In this document: in pieces, positions 17,734 to 27,012 of the stretch | How positions within the stretch are numbered: the stretch's first letter is position 1 | Layout: each line of letters begins with the position of its first letter | From: a virus | Direction: 5' to 3' (one strand) | IMG/VR virus record: IMGVR_UViG_3300010389_000002 | Length of the DNA: 44,406 nucleotides | The notes under the pieces: generated by a model | Databases searched by the model: none | The model's input: the letters and a program-made list of their open reading frames with translations, nothing else | What the model was told of the DNA's origin: nothing | Translations under genes and position numbers: made by a program

Positions 17734-20028
17734 TTATCGACCAACTACTTCACTGAAAGCAACACCAGTCTTGGTAGCAGTGAAGGTAATGCTGATGAAG
17801 TTAATAGAACGAGTTGCCTTGAGAAGAATCTCAGCGACAAATTCATTTCTGTCAATAACATCAGGAGTATTATTGGTGTCATCACAAACAACGAGGAAAT
17901 CTGTAATACCTCTACGTGCCTGAATCTCAGACAAGTAGGAGTTAACAGCACTAGAGAAGGAGCTTCTGGTTAGAACATCGTTCTGCTCAAAGAGAACTCC
18001 GGAAGCAAGTCTTTCAACTCTCTTCTCAATATTGAGGAAGAGTCTACGGACGTTGATTCTGTCAAATGCACTTGTGGATGCCAAAGCGGTTTTATCTCCG
18101 AAGAGAGTAATACCAGTACCAGGAAGTGTGGTAATTGGGTTGATTCTGTTAGAATAGAGAAGATCTCTATCTGCCTGGGATGGGTTGTATGCTAGTTTGA
18201 TAGCGTTCTTGAGACCGCCTCTAGCAACACCAGCAGGTGAGTACCAGTCACCTAGGACTTGAGATGTAGCTACACATAGTCCAGCAACATCTCCGTTACA
18301 TGGAACGTAACGATATCTGTCGTTGAATCTGTCATAAAGATACTTATAACCAGAATCAAATACAGCATAGGATGTAGAAGGTAACGAACGGAAGAAGTTA
18401 ATCGTGTTCGTTCTTTGATCAACAGAGGATAGTGAGACACCACCTGTTCCGATTTGGTTTGACCTATGTGGGGAAACGAAAGCGACACAATCTTTTCTGG
18501 CATCAGCAATTGCTACGACTTTAGCAGCTTTTGACTTTGTGCCATCTTCGGTTGCCATTGATCCACCCATTAGGATGAAGTCAATCTCTGTTTCGTCAGC
18601 GGTAGCAAAGACATCATAAGCATTTCCAATCTCACCAGCACTGTAAACATAGTCATCAGCACCAGCTGTCAGGGTGTATGCTTGAGCACCAGCAACTTCG
18701 AAAGTTCTGTTATTACCAGCGTCAACGATAGTTGTTGAATCCTGAGACCAAGCAATATAGCGAGAGTCTCCGGTAGCAGACGCGTCTAGAACTGTGGCGA
18801 TGGCGTTGGTGCCAGCAAAGAGATAGTTTGATTGCTCAGTAATAATATCTCTATAGTATACAGCACCGTTCTCAGCAGAGCGCCCGTCTGTTAGTTTAGA
18901 AAGACCAGTAACTCTTTCTAAAACGTTTCCGACAGTTCCTGATAATCTACCATCAAGATCTACGGTAGCAATGATAAGTTCGTCACCTACAATTCCTCTC
19001 GCCGCGGCGTATCCCGAAGTGCCAGGACGTGCCCCGAAAGATACTAGAGGTAAAGATAGTTCGCCAACAGTAACGCTGGTGTTTGTGTACCAGTCATATA
19101 CAGCTGAGATAGCGGTGTCGTTAACTGTTGTGGTTACGGTAACGGTGATATCAGTGCCGCCACCAGTAGCAGCACCAAGAAGTGTTAGTTCTTCATTATC
19201 GGAGTATCCATCACCAGCAGCTACTAGAGATACGGTAACTGATCCGCCGACTCCATTAGCAGCACCACCACCCTCTACGCCAGCATCAGCAACAACTACA
19301 TCGAAGGTAGCACCCTTGGTGTCTCCATCAGCAGTTAAACCAGGATAAGTACCAGGAGTTCTGCCTGCTTCTGTAACAGCATTATCGGCAATTGAACCGA
19401 TTGGATCTAGATTGTCATCCTGAAGGAAGTCTGTGCTGGTAGGTTCGTCACCGGATGTAATAACAATAGCAGCTTTCCAGAGCGACTCTGCCATGGAAGC
19501 TTCGTAGGATAGAACGTATCCAGTAGCACCATTGCTGAATGTTACCGAGTCGCCAACAGCTAGTGGATTTTGTGAAGCATCTGCAGGAGCAGTTGTAAAC
19601 TCAACATAAACGTCAGCACCACTGTCGATGACAACTACGCCAGCTGAGTTACCCCACTTACCAGGAGATCTAGCAGCAAACTCGGCAGTGTAGCTGTTAC
19701 CAATCCAATCAAGGTCATCCTTAACTAGAAGATCAGTACCACCAACATTAGCAGTTTTGAGTCCATCTGTTTCTGCTCTAACTACAGCGAGTCTTCCGCC
19801 ATAGGTTAGAAATTCCGAAGCAACAAAATAGTCTTCTGCGTTTGCTTCGACGGGTAGACCGAAAATATCGATCAAAGATCTTTGTGAATCAATCTCAGTG
19901 ATTCTACCTACAGGTCCTTTAGTAAAGGAAGATGCAAAGGCAGCGGTTAGTGCCTGTGCTCCTGTAATTGTCGCCGTTGTTACGTCACGTTCTCTTAATA
20001 AAATACCAGGCGAGATTTGACTTGCCAT
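17734..20028 (-). CDS. g18: Tail sheath protein gp18
   Basis: SPG, YDRFND.YRYVPCNGDVAG, WYSPAG..RG and FDRINVRRLF. Has an internal insertion at ~19125-19405. Confidence 0.97.
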   Translation of the reverse strand: MASQISPGILLRERDVTTATITGAQALTAAFASSFTKGPVGRITEIDSQRSLIDIFGLPVEANAEDYFVASEFLTYGGRLAVVRAETDGLKTANVGGTDLLVKDDLDWIGNSYTAEFAARSPGKWGNSAGVVVIDSGADVYVEFTTAPADASQNPLAVGDSVTFSNGATGYVLSYEASMAESLWKAAIVITSGDEPTSTDFLQDDNLDPIGSIADNAVTEAGRTPGTYPGLTADGDTKGATFDVVVADAGVEGGGAANGVGGSVTVSLVAAGDGYSDNEELTLLGAATGGGTDITVTVTTTVNDTAISAVYDWYTNTSVTVGELSLPLVSFGARPGTSGYAAARGIVGDELIIATVDLDGRLSGTVGNVLERVTGLSKLTDGRSAENGAVYYRDIITEQSNYLFAGTNAIATVLDASATGDSRYIAWSQDSTTIVDAGNNRTFEVAGAQAYTLTAGADDYVYSAGEIGNAYDVFATADETEIDFILMGGSMATEDGTKSKAAKVVAIADARKDCVAFVSPHRSNQIGTGGVSLSSVDQRTNTINFFRSLPSTSYAVFDSGYKYLYDRFNDRYRYVPCNGDVAGLCVATSQVLGDWYSPAGVARGGLKNAIKLAYNPSQADRDLLYSNRINPITTLPGTGITLFGDKTALASTSAFDRINVRRLFLNIEKRVERLASGVLFEQNDVLTRSSFSSAVNSYLSEIQARRGITDFLVVCDDTNNTPDVIDRNEFVAEILLKATRSINFISITFTATKTGVAFSEVVGR

Positions 20029-20064
20029 GTTGTGTTCCTCTGGGTATCCATTTGAATCTGAAAT

Positions 20065-20072
20065 TATTTATT
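20065..20072 (-). promoter_or_regulatory. Late promoter upstream of g18
   Basis: Intergenic AATAAATA, with GAGGA RBS downstream. Confidence 0.65.
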
Positions 20073-20108
20073 ATTTCGGACTATTTGACTGGGGAAACAT
20101 GACGTGAA

Positions 20109-20333
20109 CTACCAGTCTGGATACTCCCACTTTACAGACTCGGCTTTTCTGGCATTGGATACTCTGCAAATACAGCATTGTTTACATTCATAGGAGTAAG
20201 CTGCTGCTACTGTTCCTCTGTCTTTACGTGTGAGATAGAAGTCATCCATCAGACTCTTTGTTTCTCCACAAACTCTACAAACACGTTCCTGGAAAATTAA
20301 GTGGTCTAATGAAAACTTATCTTCTAAATCCAT
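20109..20333 (-). CDS. Small Zn-finger protein (CxxC...CxxC), 74 aa
   Basis: MDLEDKF...CRVCGETK...YECKQC...EYPDW. The TAATG overlap with the g17 stop supports a start at 20333. Confidence 0.75.
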   Translation of the reverse strand: MDLEDKFSLDHLIFQERVCRVCGETKSLMDDFYLTRKDRGTVAAAYSYECKQCCICRVSNARKAESVKWEYPDW

Positions 20334-21985
20334 TATCGATAATCCCACATATAAGAAACATCTTCCTGTACATCTCCATACCACACAGACCCATCGGATA
20401 CAAATCCATCGTCACCTTCTAGACCAGTGGTGATAAAACCAAATGGTGCCATGTCTTGCTCAATCTGATTTTTTTGCTCGTCATAGATACGTTGACGAAC
20501 ATCATTGTCAGTCATCTCTTTGAAGTAGTCTTGCTGAACTAACCAGGCAAAGATAACCAGACACATTACAAGGTCGTCATGGAATCCTTCGTCAGCTTCA
20601 AACGATTGTTTCTTCTGGATGAAAGTAGTTAGTTCGTTAATAATCTCATAGTCTCGGAACAATAACTTATCATCCTCTACAATCTGCTTCAGGTTAGCAC
20701 ATCCAACTTTCTTCACAGTGATACTCATCTTGACACCTAACTGGGTTTTGTTGCCAGAGAATCCCTGACCTACAATCTGACCAGCACGTCCTCTCATAGC
20801 ACACATGAGAACGTTAGGATACTCAAGATCAAAGTTTAAAATAGATGCTACAGAGTCTCCTACATCGTTAACTTCACATAACACCCAAGCATTGTTATAC
20901 GCTCTCGCTACATCATTAATGATGTTTGGAAAAAGCATAGGTTTTATCTCGTTATTCCTATACTTTGCCACGATCTTATAAGGAACAGTGGTAATATCAA
21001 ACACAACAAAAGCAGAATAGTCTCCACCGATGCCCCTGCTAACGTCAGCTGTGATAATGTACTCTGCTTTGTCGTTTGGTTTTTCGTAAATATCTAACCC
21101 TTGATTAGTACTAATTGGTGTATCAAATACTAATGATCTAAGTTTTGAGGCGGATATCAATGTGTCAACTGATCCTAAGAACTCACACTCAAATTCTTGA
21201 GTGAACTGTCTTTCGGAAGTGTTCTTAATTGTCTGTGCTTTCCATTCTTCATCTCTTCCCGGCACCTGTGACCAGTGAACTTCAGACCACACATATTCAT
21301 TACGTTCGTTCTGTGCATCCATCCACATCTTGTAGAAGTGGTTCATACCGTAAGGCGTAGAGATAATGATAATCTTTGTCGTCTTACCAGATGAAATTGT
21401 AGGATATACAGAGGAGAAGAAATCATCTGCAACGTGATTTGGAACGAAAGCAAATTCGTCCAAGAAGATAATGTTGAAAGACATACCCCGAACAGCAGAT
21501 GCTGAGGTTGAAGCAGCAAGGATCTTAGAACCGTTTTCTAATTCAATGTTACCTTTGTTCCAAACTACAACACCTTGTTGTAACCATTTGGGTAAGTTTT
21601 CATACGCTGTACATAATCTACCTAGCAAGTCTCTAGATGTAGATGCTTTGTTTGCTAGAATACCAACGTTAACATTATCATTAAACAAAATAAAATGCAA
21701 CAAGTAAGATACCACGGTGGTAGACTTTCCAGTCTGACGTGGTAGCTTAGCAATGTTAAATCTGTTCTTGTGAAATTTTTCAATCAGTTCTTCCTGGAAG
21801 TCCCACATTTTAAATGGCACAAGACCTTCGTCAACGTTAACGATCTTAACGTAATTCTTTGTAAAGTATACAGGATCTTCTCTACACTTAATAAATTCTT
21901 GGACTTGTTCTTTTGTAAATTCTTGCTGAACCCCTGCTTTTTTCAGCAGCGGATTACCAAGATAAATTTCGTCAGAAGCACCCAT
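20333..21985 (-). CDS. g17: Terminase large subunit gp17
   Basis: YLGNP.LK, PRQTGKST, IFLDEFAF, ISTP.G.NHFY, ADVSRG and HDDLVM. Confidence 0.98.
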   Translation of the reverse strand: MGASDEIYLGNPLLKKAGVQQEFTKEQVQEFIKCREDPVYFTKNYVKIVNVDEGLVPFKMWDFQEELIEKFHKNRFNIAKLPRQTGKSTTVVSYLLHFILFNDNVNVGILANKASTSRDLLGRLCTAYENLPKWLQQGVVVWNKGNIELENGSKILAASTSASAVRGMSFNIIFLDEFAFVPNHVADDFFSSVYPTISSGKTTKIIIISTPYGMNHFYKMWMDAQNERNEYVWSEVHWSQVPGRDEEWKAQTIKNTSERQFTQEFECEFLGSVDTLISASKLRSLVFDTPISTNQGLDIYEKPNDKAEYIITADVSRGIGGDYSAFVVFDITTVPYKIVAKYRNNEIKPMLFPNIINDVARAYNNAWVLCEVNDVGDSVASILNFDLEYPNVLMCAMRGRAGQIVGQGFSGNKTQLGVKMSITVKKVGCANLKQIVEDDKLLFRDYEIINELTTFIQKKQSFEADEGFHDDLVMCLVIFAWLVQQDYFKEMTDNDVRQRIYDEQKNQIEQDMAPFGFITTGLEGDDGFVSDGSVWYGDVQEDVSYMWDYR

Positions 21986-22004
21986 TACATATTATTCGCC
22001 TGAT

Positions 22005-22628
22005 CTATTTAGTTTCTAATCTAATCTGATGAATACCACTGCTAAACTCTTGGGGCATTAGATTAAACGAGATGCTAATTCTATCTCCAACATGTTCTTC
22101 CGGATACCCATGTGGTAAATGACTATTCCATAGATAAAGATCTCCTTGGTTGGGGTGCATCGAGAAAGCTGGTTGAGAATAGTCTGTTATATTACTGTAG
22201 TCTTTTTGTATCTGTAAATATGGAAAAGGCATACAGTCTAATGTAAACTGTTTTTGAAATGTAATCGGGGAATTACCTGGAACAAACTTGACGTAATATG
22301 TTCCTGAGATAATAGAGTTTGAATGATTGTGTCTATACTGAAACCCTCCCTCTTCACATAGGTTGATCCAAGAGTCCAGTACAATATAGTTTTGATGTTT
22401 ATGTGAAACAACTTCTTTTGCAAAACAATTAGCAGACTCCACGATAAAATCATGGAGAGCTTCAAAACTTTTTTGTTTGAGAACATCATTCATCCACCAA
22501 AGTCTACCATCTTGCTGTCCGCTTGGAGGGTTTAGACGAATAATGTCTCTAACTTTTTCTAGAACAGATTTATTTTCTTTATAGTGGAATACACTAACTG
22601 GTTCTGGAAAAATAGAATAGGTTTGCAT
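22005..22628 (-). CDS. 2OG-Fe(II) oxygenase-like protein (TIGR02466 type)
   Basis: SWIN, HNH...ISGTYY, P..GDL..W.S.L.HG and RISISFN. Own late promoter AATAAATA at 22650-22657. Confidence 0.8.
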   Translation of the reverse strand: MQTYSIFPEPVSVFHYKENKSVLEKVRDIIRLNPPSGQQDGRLWWMNDVLKQKSFEALHDFIVESANCFAKEVVSHKHQNYIVLDSWINLCEEGGFQYRHNHSNSIISGTYYVKFVPGNSPITFQKQFTLDCMPFPYLQIQKDYSNITDYSQPAFSMHPNQGDLYLWNSHLPHGYPEEHVGDRISISFNLMPQEFSSGIHQIRLETK

Positions 22629-22648
22629 GATGTAGCATTCACTTAATG

Positions 22649-22906
22649 CTATTTATTGTTCATCTCGGGTCCATTCTCTTCGAGATCTTCTAGGCGTTTC
22701 TCCCAGGTGTCTCCACCATCAGCACCACGCTTAGGATTAATACATTGGAAGTTACCTAATTTATTACATACTAATCCAGCGAGGTCTAATTCATTTCCTA
22801 TCTTGCCTGTGCCAGACCAGTAGTGCTGTCCGTTAATCCACAATGCCCCACACTTGGGACACTCAGCTCTAGTGACCGATAAATCGGACATCTCTCTGCC
22901 TGACAT
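22649..22906 (-). CDS. Cys-rich hypothetical protein
   Basis: CPKC...W.NGQHYW...LAGLVC...CINP. GGAG lies 6 nt before ATG 22906, with TCTAAATA at 22928-22935. Confidence 0.7.
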   Translation of the reverse strand: MSGREMSDLSVTRAECPKCGALWINGQHYWSGTGKIGNELDLAGLVCNKLGNFQCINPKRGADGGDTWEKRLEDLEENGPEMNNK

Positions 22907-22997
22907 AAGCAACTCCGTGTGATTATATATTTAGAAAGAATGTATCGATATGTTACAGTTCTTACTTAAGATATGTGTAGCAAATATAAATTAAAGA

Positions 22998-23147
22998 TTA
23001 AGAGTCTTCATTATGCCAGAAGTCTTCCCAATCATCTGTGCTATTTGACACATCTTCCCACCCCGGTTCATAAAGAGAACAAGGTTCTTCCATAAGGAGA
23101 TCTGCTTTCATACGCTTAACACGTTCGTACAGCTTTTTAAGATCCAT
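22998..23147 (-). CDS. Small acidic hypothetical protein (49 aa), not in ORF track
   Basis: MDLKKLYERVKRMKADLLMEEPCSLYEPGWEDVSNSTDDWEDFWHNEDS*. Fills a gap on the coding strand. Confidence 0.65.
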   Translation of the reverse strand: MDLKKLYERVKRMKADLLMEEPCSLYEPGWEDVSNSTDDWEDFWHNEDS

Positions 23148-23187
23148 TTTACCAGTTGAGGGTTATTAGTATTTTATATGGTAATCC

Positions 23188-23469
23188 TCAGCAGTTCCAC
23201 GCTCTTAATGATTTATTAATCCTGCTGTCAGGATCCCGTGACGTTTTCTTACTGGTAAGCTTCTTTTTCATTCCTTTCATTCGAGCGCAGAAGGATGCCC
23301 TCCTGGGATTTCCAACCTTCTTGCTTGGTGCTTTGAGGTCAGATCCTGGATTTTCCTTTTCATAAGATCTTCGTCCTTTTTCGTTAAGTCCTCCGGACTT
23401 ATTTTGTCCTTCTTTTCTGGTCCAGGCTGATTCGTTGAGCTCATTCCTGAATTGCTTAAACGACTTCAT
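23188..23469 (-). CDS. Basic protein (DUF6321-like) with capsid-targeting-type leader
   Basis: MKSFKQFRNELNE leader followed by AWTRKEG..GGLN..GR..RRASFCARM..SLRAWNC. Confidence 0.7.
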   Translation of the reverse strand: MKSFKQFRNELNESAWTRKEGQNKSGGLNEKGRRSYEKENPGSDLKAPSKKVGNPRRASFCARMKGMKKKLTSKKTSRDPDSRINKSLRAWNC

Positions 23470-23471
23470 AT

Positions 23472-24266
23472 TTATACCTCGTTATCTACGAGGATCAAAT
23501 CAAAAACAGCACCAGCACCTAATGCTCCACCAGAACTTGATTGAATTTCAATGTCTGTTTTTTCTGTAAATTTTAATGGAACTGGATAATCATATGTAAT
23601 GTAGTTACCAGCAGCAGTTCCAAACTGACCCTTGACATTGAATGCTCCCTCAAAAGGTCTTGCCATCAATCTAAAAATAGCATCAGCATTTTGCTTATCA
23701 ATTGAACCTTGTAGTTTCAATAGATATCCAGTTTTACCAGCGGGGATAGTATATACTGCCATCAGTGTTTGACCTGCTCCCGCTAAAATAAATGCTCTAT
23801 CAGCACTATCAACTGATACGGAAATCTCACCTACATTTGTTGTTTGTCCTGCTGCTGGTGTCTTTACAAATGCTCTAAAGATACGAATAAAATTTACTGC
23901 TCCAGGTGTTCCAATAGTGAGGTCTTCCGAAACATCATTATAATTTTCATCTAAACCAAACACAGAGATTACAGCACCAGCATCACTACCACTGCCTGAA
24001 GTTACTGTTGCTGGTCCAGCAGTTCCAATATATGGATATGCTGTAGCTCCGTCCCAGATAGCTTGATAATCACTATCAAGGGCATCTCTATATCCAAACT
24101 TATTGATGTGAGAATATCCTGCTAAATCTCCAGCAGCAATAGGAATGTTAGCGGCAGAACCATAACTATTCAATGGATTGCCATTCTGGTCTGCCAGCAT
24201 CACTACTTCAAAGTTGGTAGTGTCCTGTGCCCTATAGTCTTGAGTATTTTTATTCCACTGTGCCAT
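23472..24266 (-). CDS. Putative virion structural protein
   Basis: MAQWNK..QDY..Q....FEV N-terminus typical of cyanophage island structural proteins. Beta-rich body. Confidence 0.6.
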   Translation of the reverse strand: MAQWNKNTQDYRAQDTTNFEVVMLADQNGNPLNSYGSAANIPIAAGDLAGYSHINKFGYRDALDSDYQAIWDGATAYPYIGTAGPATVTSGSGSDAGAVISVFGLDENYNDVSEDLTIGTPGAVNFIRIFRAFVKTPAAGQTTNVGEISVSVDSADRAFILAGAGQTLMAVYTIPAGKTGYLLKLQGSIDKQNADAIFRLMARPFEGAFNVKGQFGTAAGNYITYDYPVPLKFTEKTDIEIQSSSGGALGAGAVFDLILVDNEV

Positions 24267-24301
24267 TAGTTTACGTAAGCGATTTTAGTTGCTAATATTA
24301 C
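24266..24301 (-). pseudogene. Orphan duplicate 3' end of the upstream 90-aa gene
   Basis: After ...VLATKVAYAG* the same frame continues VILATKIAYVN*. A 14-nt direct repeat lies at 24284-24297 and 24320-24333. Confidence 0.65.
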
Positions 24302-24574
24302 TTATCCTGCGTATGCTACTTTAGTTGCTAATACTTCACCAGCACCTGTTGCTACCAGTCCAGCGGAATCCGTGGTAGCAAAAATAGTTAGAGGATAATC
24401 TTTTTCTAAAAGAACTCTTTCCCCAGCAGCAATGCCGATACGAGTAGCTACAGTGTCAGCAACTGTAATATAAACAACACCTGTTGTTGTGTTAATAATA
24501 GAAACCAACGAAGCAGTATCGACAGTTGATGGAGCTGCTAAATCAATTGGTAAAGAAAGTGGGTGGAGGATCAT
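24302..24574 (-). CDS. Small beta-rich hypothetical (likely virion) protein
   Basis: 90 aa directly downstream of g16. GATAAATA late promoter at 24593-24600. Confidence 0.7.
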   Translation of the reverse strand: MILHPLSLPIDLAAPSTVDTASLVSIINTTTGVVYITVADTVATRIGIAAGERVLLEKDYPLTIFATTDSAGLVATGAGEVLATKVAYAG

Positions 24575-24591
24575 GGTTCTAAGGTTTTTTA

Positions 24592-25023
24592 CTATTTATC
24601 TGTGTCTGCTTTTTTCCCCATCTCTTTGATCATTTTCTGTAGATCTGCTGTAGATCCAACAAACATGGTATTGTTTACGGTTGTGGGTCCTGCTTTTTTG
24701 GTGGGGGCATTTAAGTCATTCATCTTCTTCTGTAGATCCAGAAGCTTGTCGGTGGTGTCTGCTACCTGCTTCATGGCGTTTACAGCGACTTCATATGCCC
24801 TAGGGTGCCCAGACTCTTGAGCAACCTCTAGAGCGCCGTCTAGCGCCTCTCTGCCCTTCTCTATGAGTGAATAGAGTTGACCTCTGCTATATTCATAATC
24901 TTTCTTTTGATCGTCTTCTGACTTGACCGGTACTTGCTCGGTAACTTGCTCGGTCTCAACGATCTCTCCACCAGTCATGTCGATGTCAAAGATCTCTTCC
25001 ATATTTTTTTCAAATTCTTTCAT
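24592..25023 (-). CDS. g16: Terminase small subunit gp16
   Basis: DYEYSRGQLY.LIEKG, HPRAYEV and FVGSTADLQKM. Confidence 0.93.
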   Translation of the reverse strand: MKEFEKNMEEIFDIDMTGGEIVETEQVTEQVPVKSEDDQKKDYEYSRGQLYSLIEKGREALDGALEVAQESGHPRAYEVAVNAMKQVADTTDKLLDLQKKMNDLNAPTKKAGPTTVNNTMFVGSTADLQKMIKEMGKKADTDK

Positions 25024-25026
25024 GGT

Positions 25027-25839
25027 TTAAAAAAACGTATCGATTTCTCCACTGAATCCAAAGTCATCAGCAGGTCCTAAAGCAGCAGTGTCTAGAGCAT
25101 CTACGATGCCATCTCCATCAGGTTCTGGAGCAATATCAGTAACAGCTTTAGGCGTGTATGTAAGTCTTGTAGTTCTATCAACAATGTTATTGACTGATTC
25201 GTATACCAATGCTTTCTTAATAATATCAGACTGATTAAAGGGACCGTAGATATATGTTTTAGCAGTGAAGCTTAAAGTCCAGTCAATAATTCTCCTATCA
25301 TTAAAATTACCAGACCACTCATCATCATAGTTAATGTTGTTTAGGAAGATAGCAACATCTCTCTTCTCATCCATGTCTGGGATAAAATTAAGAGTAATGT
25401 TAAACTGTGGTTGGAAATATGGTAAAATTTGTTCTAAGATTTGTAGACCATCATCTTGATTTCTTGCTAGAATACCTAGAGTAAAATCAATCGTGTAGGG
25501 GACAGGTACAAACTGTACTCTAACTTCGTCACCATTGTCAGCAACTACAGTTCTATACTTCTGAATTGGAGATGTCTTACGTCCTGCATCATAGGTAATA
25601 CCCGTCATCTCAAAATACATTCTTGGGAATGTAGTTCCTACCTTAGATAGATCTGGGTTTTCTTCTAGACGTGTGAGGAACTTTTCCTTTGGACCATAAC
25701 CTAAAGGAACTTTTTGTTTACCTAGAACTTCTGACGGGTTGACAGGATTGTAATCCTCAACTGTCATATTATTGAATAATGTTCCAAAACCTACTACGGT
25801 TTTTTTAATCGCTTGATTATAAAAGTGTGTCCCTAACAT
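25027..25839 (-). CDS. g15: Tail sheath stabiliser / terminator gp15
   Basis: FGTLFN, VPL.YGPKEKFL and QILEQILPYFQP. Confidence 0.93.
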   Translation of the reverse strand: MLGTHFYNQAIKKTVVGFGTLFNNMTVEDYNPVNPSEVLGKQKVPLGYGPKEKFLTRLEENPDLSKVGTTFPRMYFEMTGITYDAGRKTSPIQKYRTVVADNGDEVRVQFVPVPYTIDFTLGILARNQDDGLQILEQILPYFQPQFNITLNFIPDMDEKRDVAIFLNNINYDDEWSGNFNDRRIIDWTLSFTAKTYIYGPFNQSDIIKKALVYESVNNIVDRTTRLTYTPKAVTDIAPEPDGDGIVDALDTAALGPADDFGFSGEIDTFF

Positions 25840-27011
25840 TAAAAGTCATTCCCAATATTACCATATTCGCCAAATGGATTAGTCTCAGTGAAATCAAGGA
25901 AGCCATCCGCAGCGTCTTCAATATATTTATTATCTTCAAATTCTGAACTTGTGTTTTCCATCTCAACTAAATCAACAGCGTCAGCAAGATATCTCTCACG
26001 ATAGATCCAGAATGTTTCTGTAGCTTCATCAAATACAGCATCGTCGAATGTTCTTGCTGGGAATGTAAAGTTTAGATATCCAGCAGGATCGTCGGGTCCT
26101 CCGAGACCACCGTTGTATGTGACATTAACATCAGCAACTGTATCAATCAAAGTATAAGTATCATTCTTAGGATATCTACCTTCATTTCTCCATGTTGTTT
26201 CTTGTGTACCGATGGTGTATATACCATCGGTCTCGGTAGTCTGTGTTGGATATCCTTGTGCCAGTACAGCATAGTTATTAGCGTGACTACCAGTGGCATT
26301 AATAAGCTTGAGAGTTCTGGTTGGTCCTTCCCATCCAGCAACTTCTGCTGTAATACCAGTCGCCGTATAAACAGGACTACCACTAACCTCTGTTACTGTG
26401 TGATATTCAACAGTATCGCCAACATAGTAATTTCCTGTTCCGCCCTCGGTTAGAACAAGAGTTAGTGACTGATCTTTCTGTGACTCAATAAAGTCAATCT
26501 CATCAATACCAGTCTCGATATCATCATTGCCAACCTGATAGATTTCACATGTCATTGTGTAGAAATAAATCTTTCCTAGTTGATAGAAAGGCATTTCTCT
26601 TTCTACAAACTTAATCTCATATAAATCACCAGTCAAAGGTAGATAAATTAAATCACCTTCGTTTGGTCTAGATATAATCTCAATACCAGGCAATCTAAAT
26701 TTTTCTTCATCCCACCTTCTGGCAGATAAAGTCATTGTAATTTCATCTGTAACTCTTAGACCAAACTTAGAAATAAATTCTGATTGAGGTCCGAAACCCT
26801 CTACATTTTGAAGCATAGCTTCAATTACAATTTTATCTTTAAACTCGGAGTAAACAATGTCGTTACTAAAATCTTCGATGTAAGCTTTTCTATTAATATA
26901 ATAGACATCTGTTCCGAACAATTTAATTTGCTCATCAACTAGATCTTGAATTAAATTTGTCTCGCTACTATTATTCTTATAGTTTTGAGGAAAGTAATGA
27001 CTTGTAGGCAT
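25839..27011 (-). CDS. g14: Neck protein gp14 with C-terminal insertion
   Basis: LVDEQIKLFG.DVYY, SKFGL, RPNEGDLIY.P, FYQLGK and DFTETNPFG. Confidence 0.92.
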   Translation of the reverse strand: MPTSHYFPQNYKNNSSETNLIQDLVDEQIKLFGTDVYYINRKAYIEDFSNDIVYSEFKDKIVIEAMLQNVEGFGPQSEFISKFGLRVTDEITMTLSARRWDEEKFRLPGIEIISRPNEGDLIYLPLTGDLYEIKFVEREMPFYQLGKIYFYTMTCEIYQVGNDDIETGIDEIDFIESQKDQSLTLVLTEGGTGNYYVGDTVEYHTVTEVSGSPVYTATGITAEVAGWEGPTRTLKLINATGSHANNYAVLAQGYPTQTTETDGIYTIGTQETTWRNEGRYPKNDTYTLIDTVADVNVTYNGGLGGPDDPAGYLNFTFPARTFDDAVFDEATETFWIYRERYLADAVDLVEMENTSSEFEDNKYIEDAADGFLDFTETNPFGEYGNIGNDF

Positions 27012-27012
27012 T

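Noticed and set aside
20087-20117. Possible RNA stem (GACTGG...CCAGTC) after the Zn-finger gene
   Set aside because: It is only a 6-bp stem with a large loop and no U-tract, so it cannot be supported without covariation data.
20109-20333. Homing endonuclease downstream of g17
   Set aside because: Only a Zn-finger is present, with no HNH, endo VII or GIY-YIG catalytic core.
9311-21985. Inteins or introns in uvsW, g20, g23 or g17
   Set aside because: All have ordinary lengths and continuous conserved motifs.
22005-22628. 2OG-Fe(II) oxygenase as a collagen prolyl-4-hydroxylase
   Set aside because: The visible collagen has no Y-position Pro, and the enzyme has an HxH TIGR02466-type motif rather than a P4H-type HxD.
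22941-22957. NtcA-like palindrome TGTA...TACA
   Set aside because: The spacer is 9 nt rather than the canonical GTA-N8-TAC, and the AT-rich context makes chance likely.
22998-23147. CP12 or NblA assignment for the 49-aa ORF
   Set aside because: It has only one Cys, no C-terminal CP12 Cys pair and no NblA signature.
23469-23476. Perfect TATAAATA late promoter
   Set aside because: It overlaps the start codon of 23188..23469, so it could not transcribe that gene in full. Its function is unclear.
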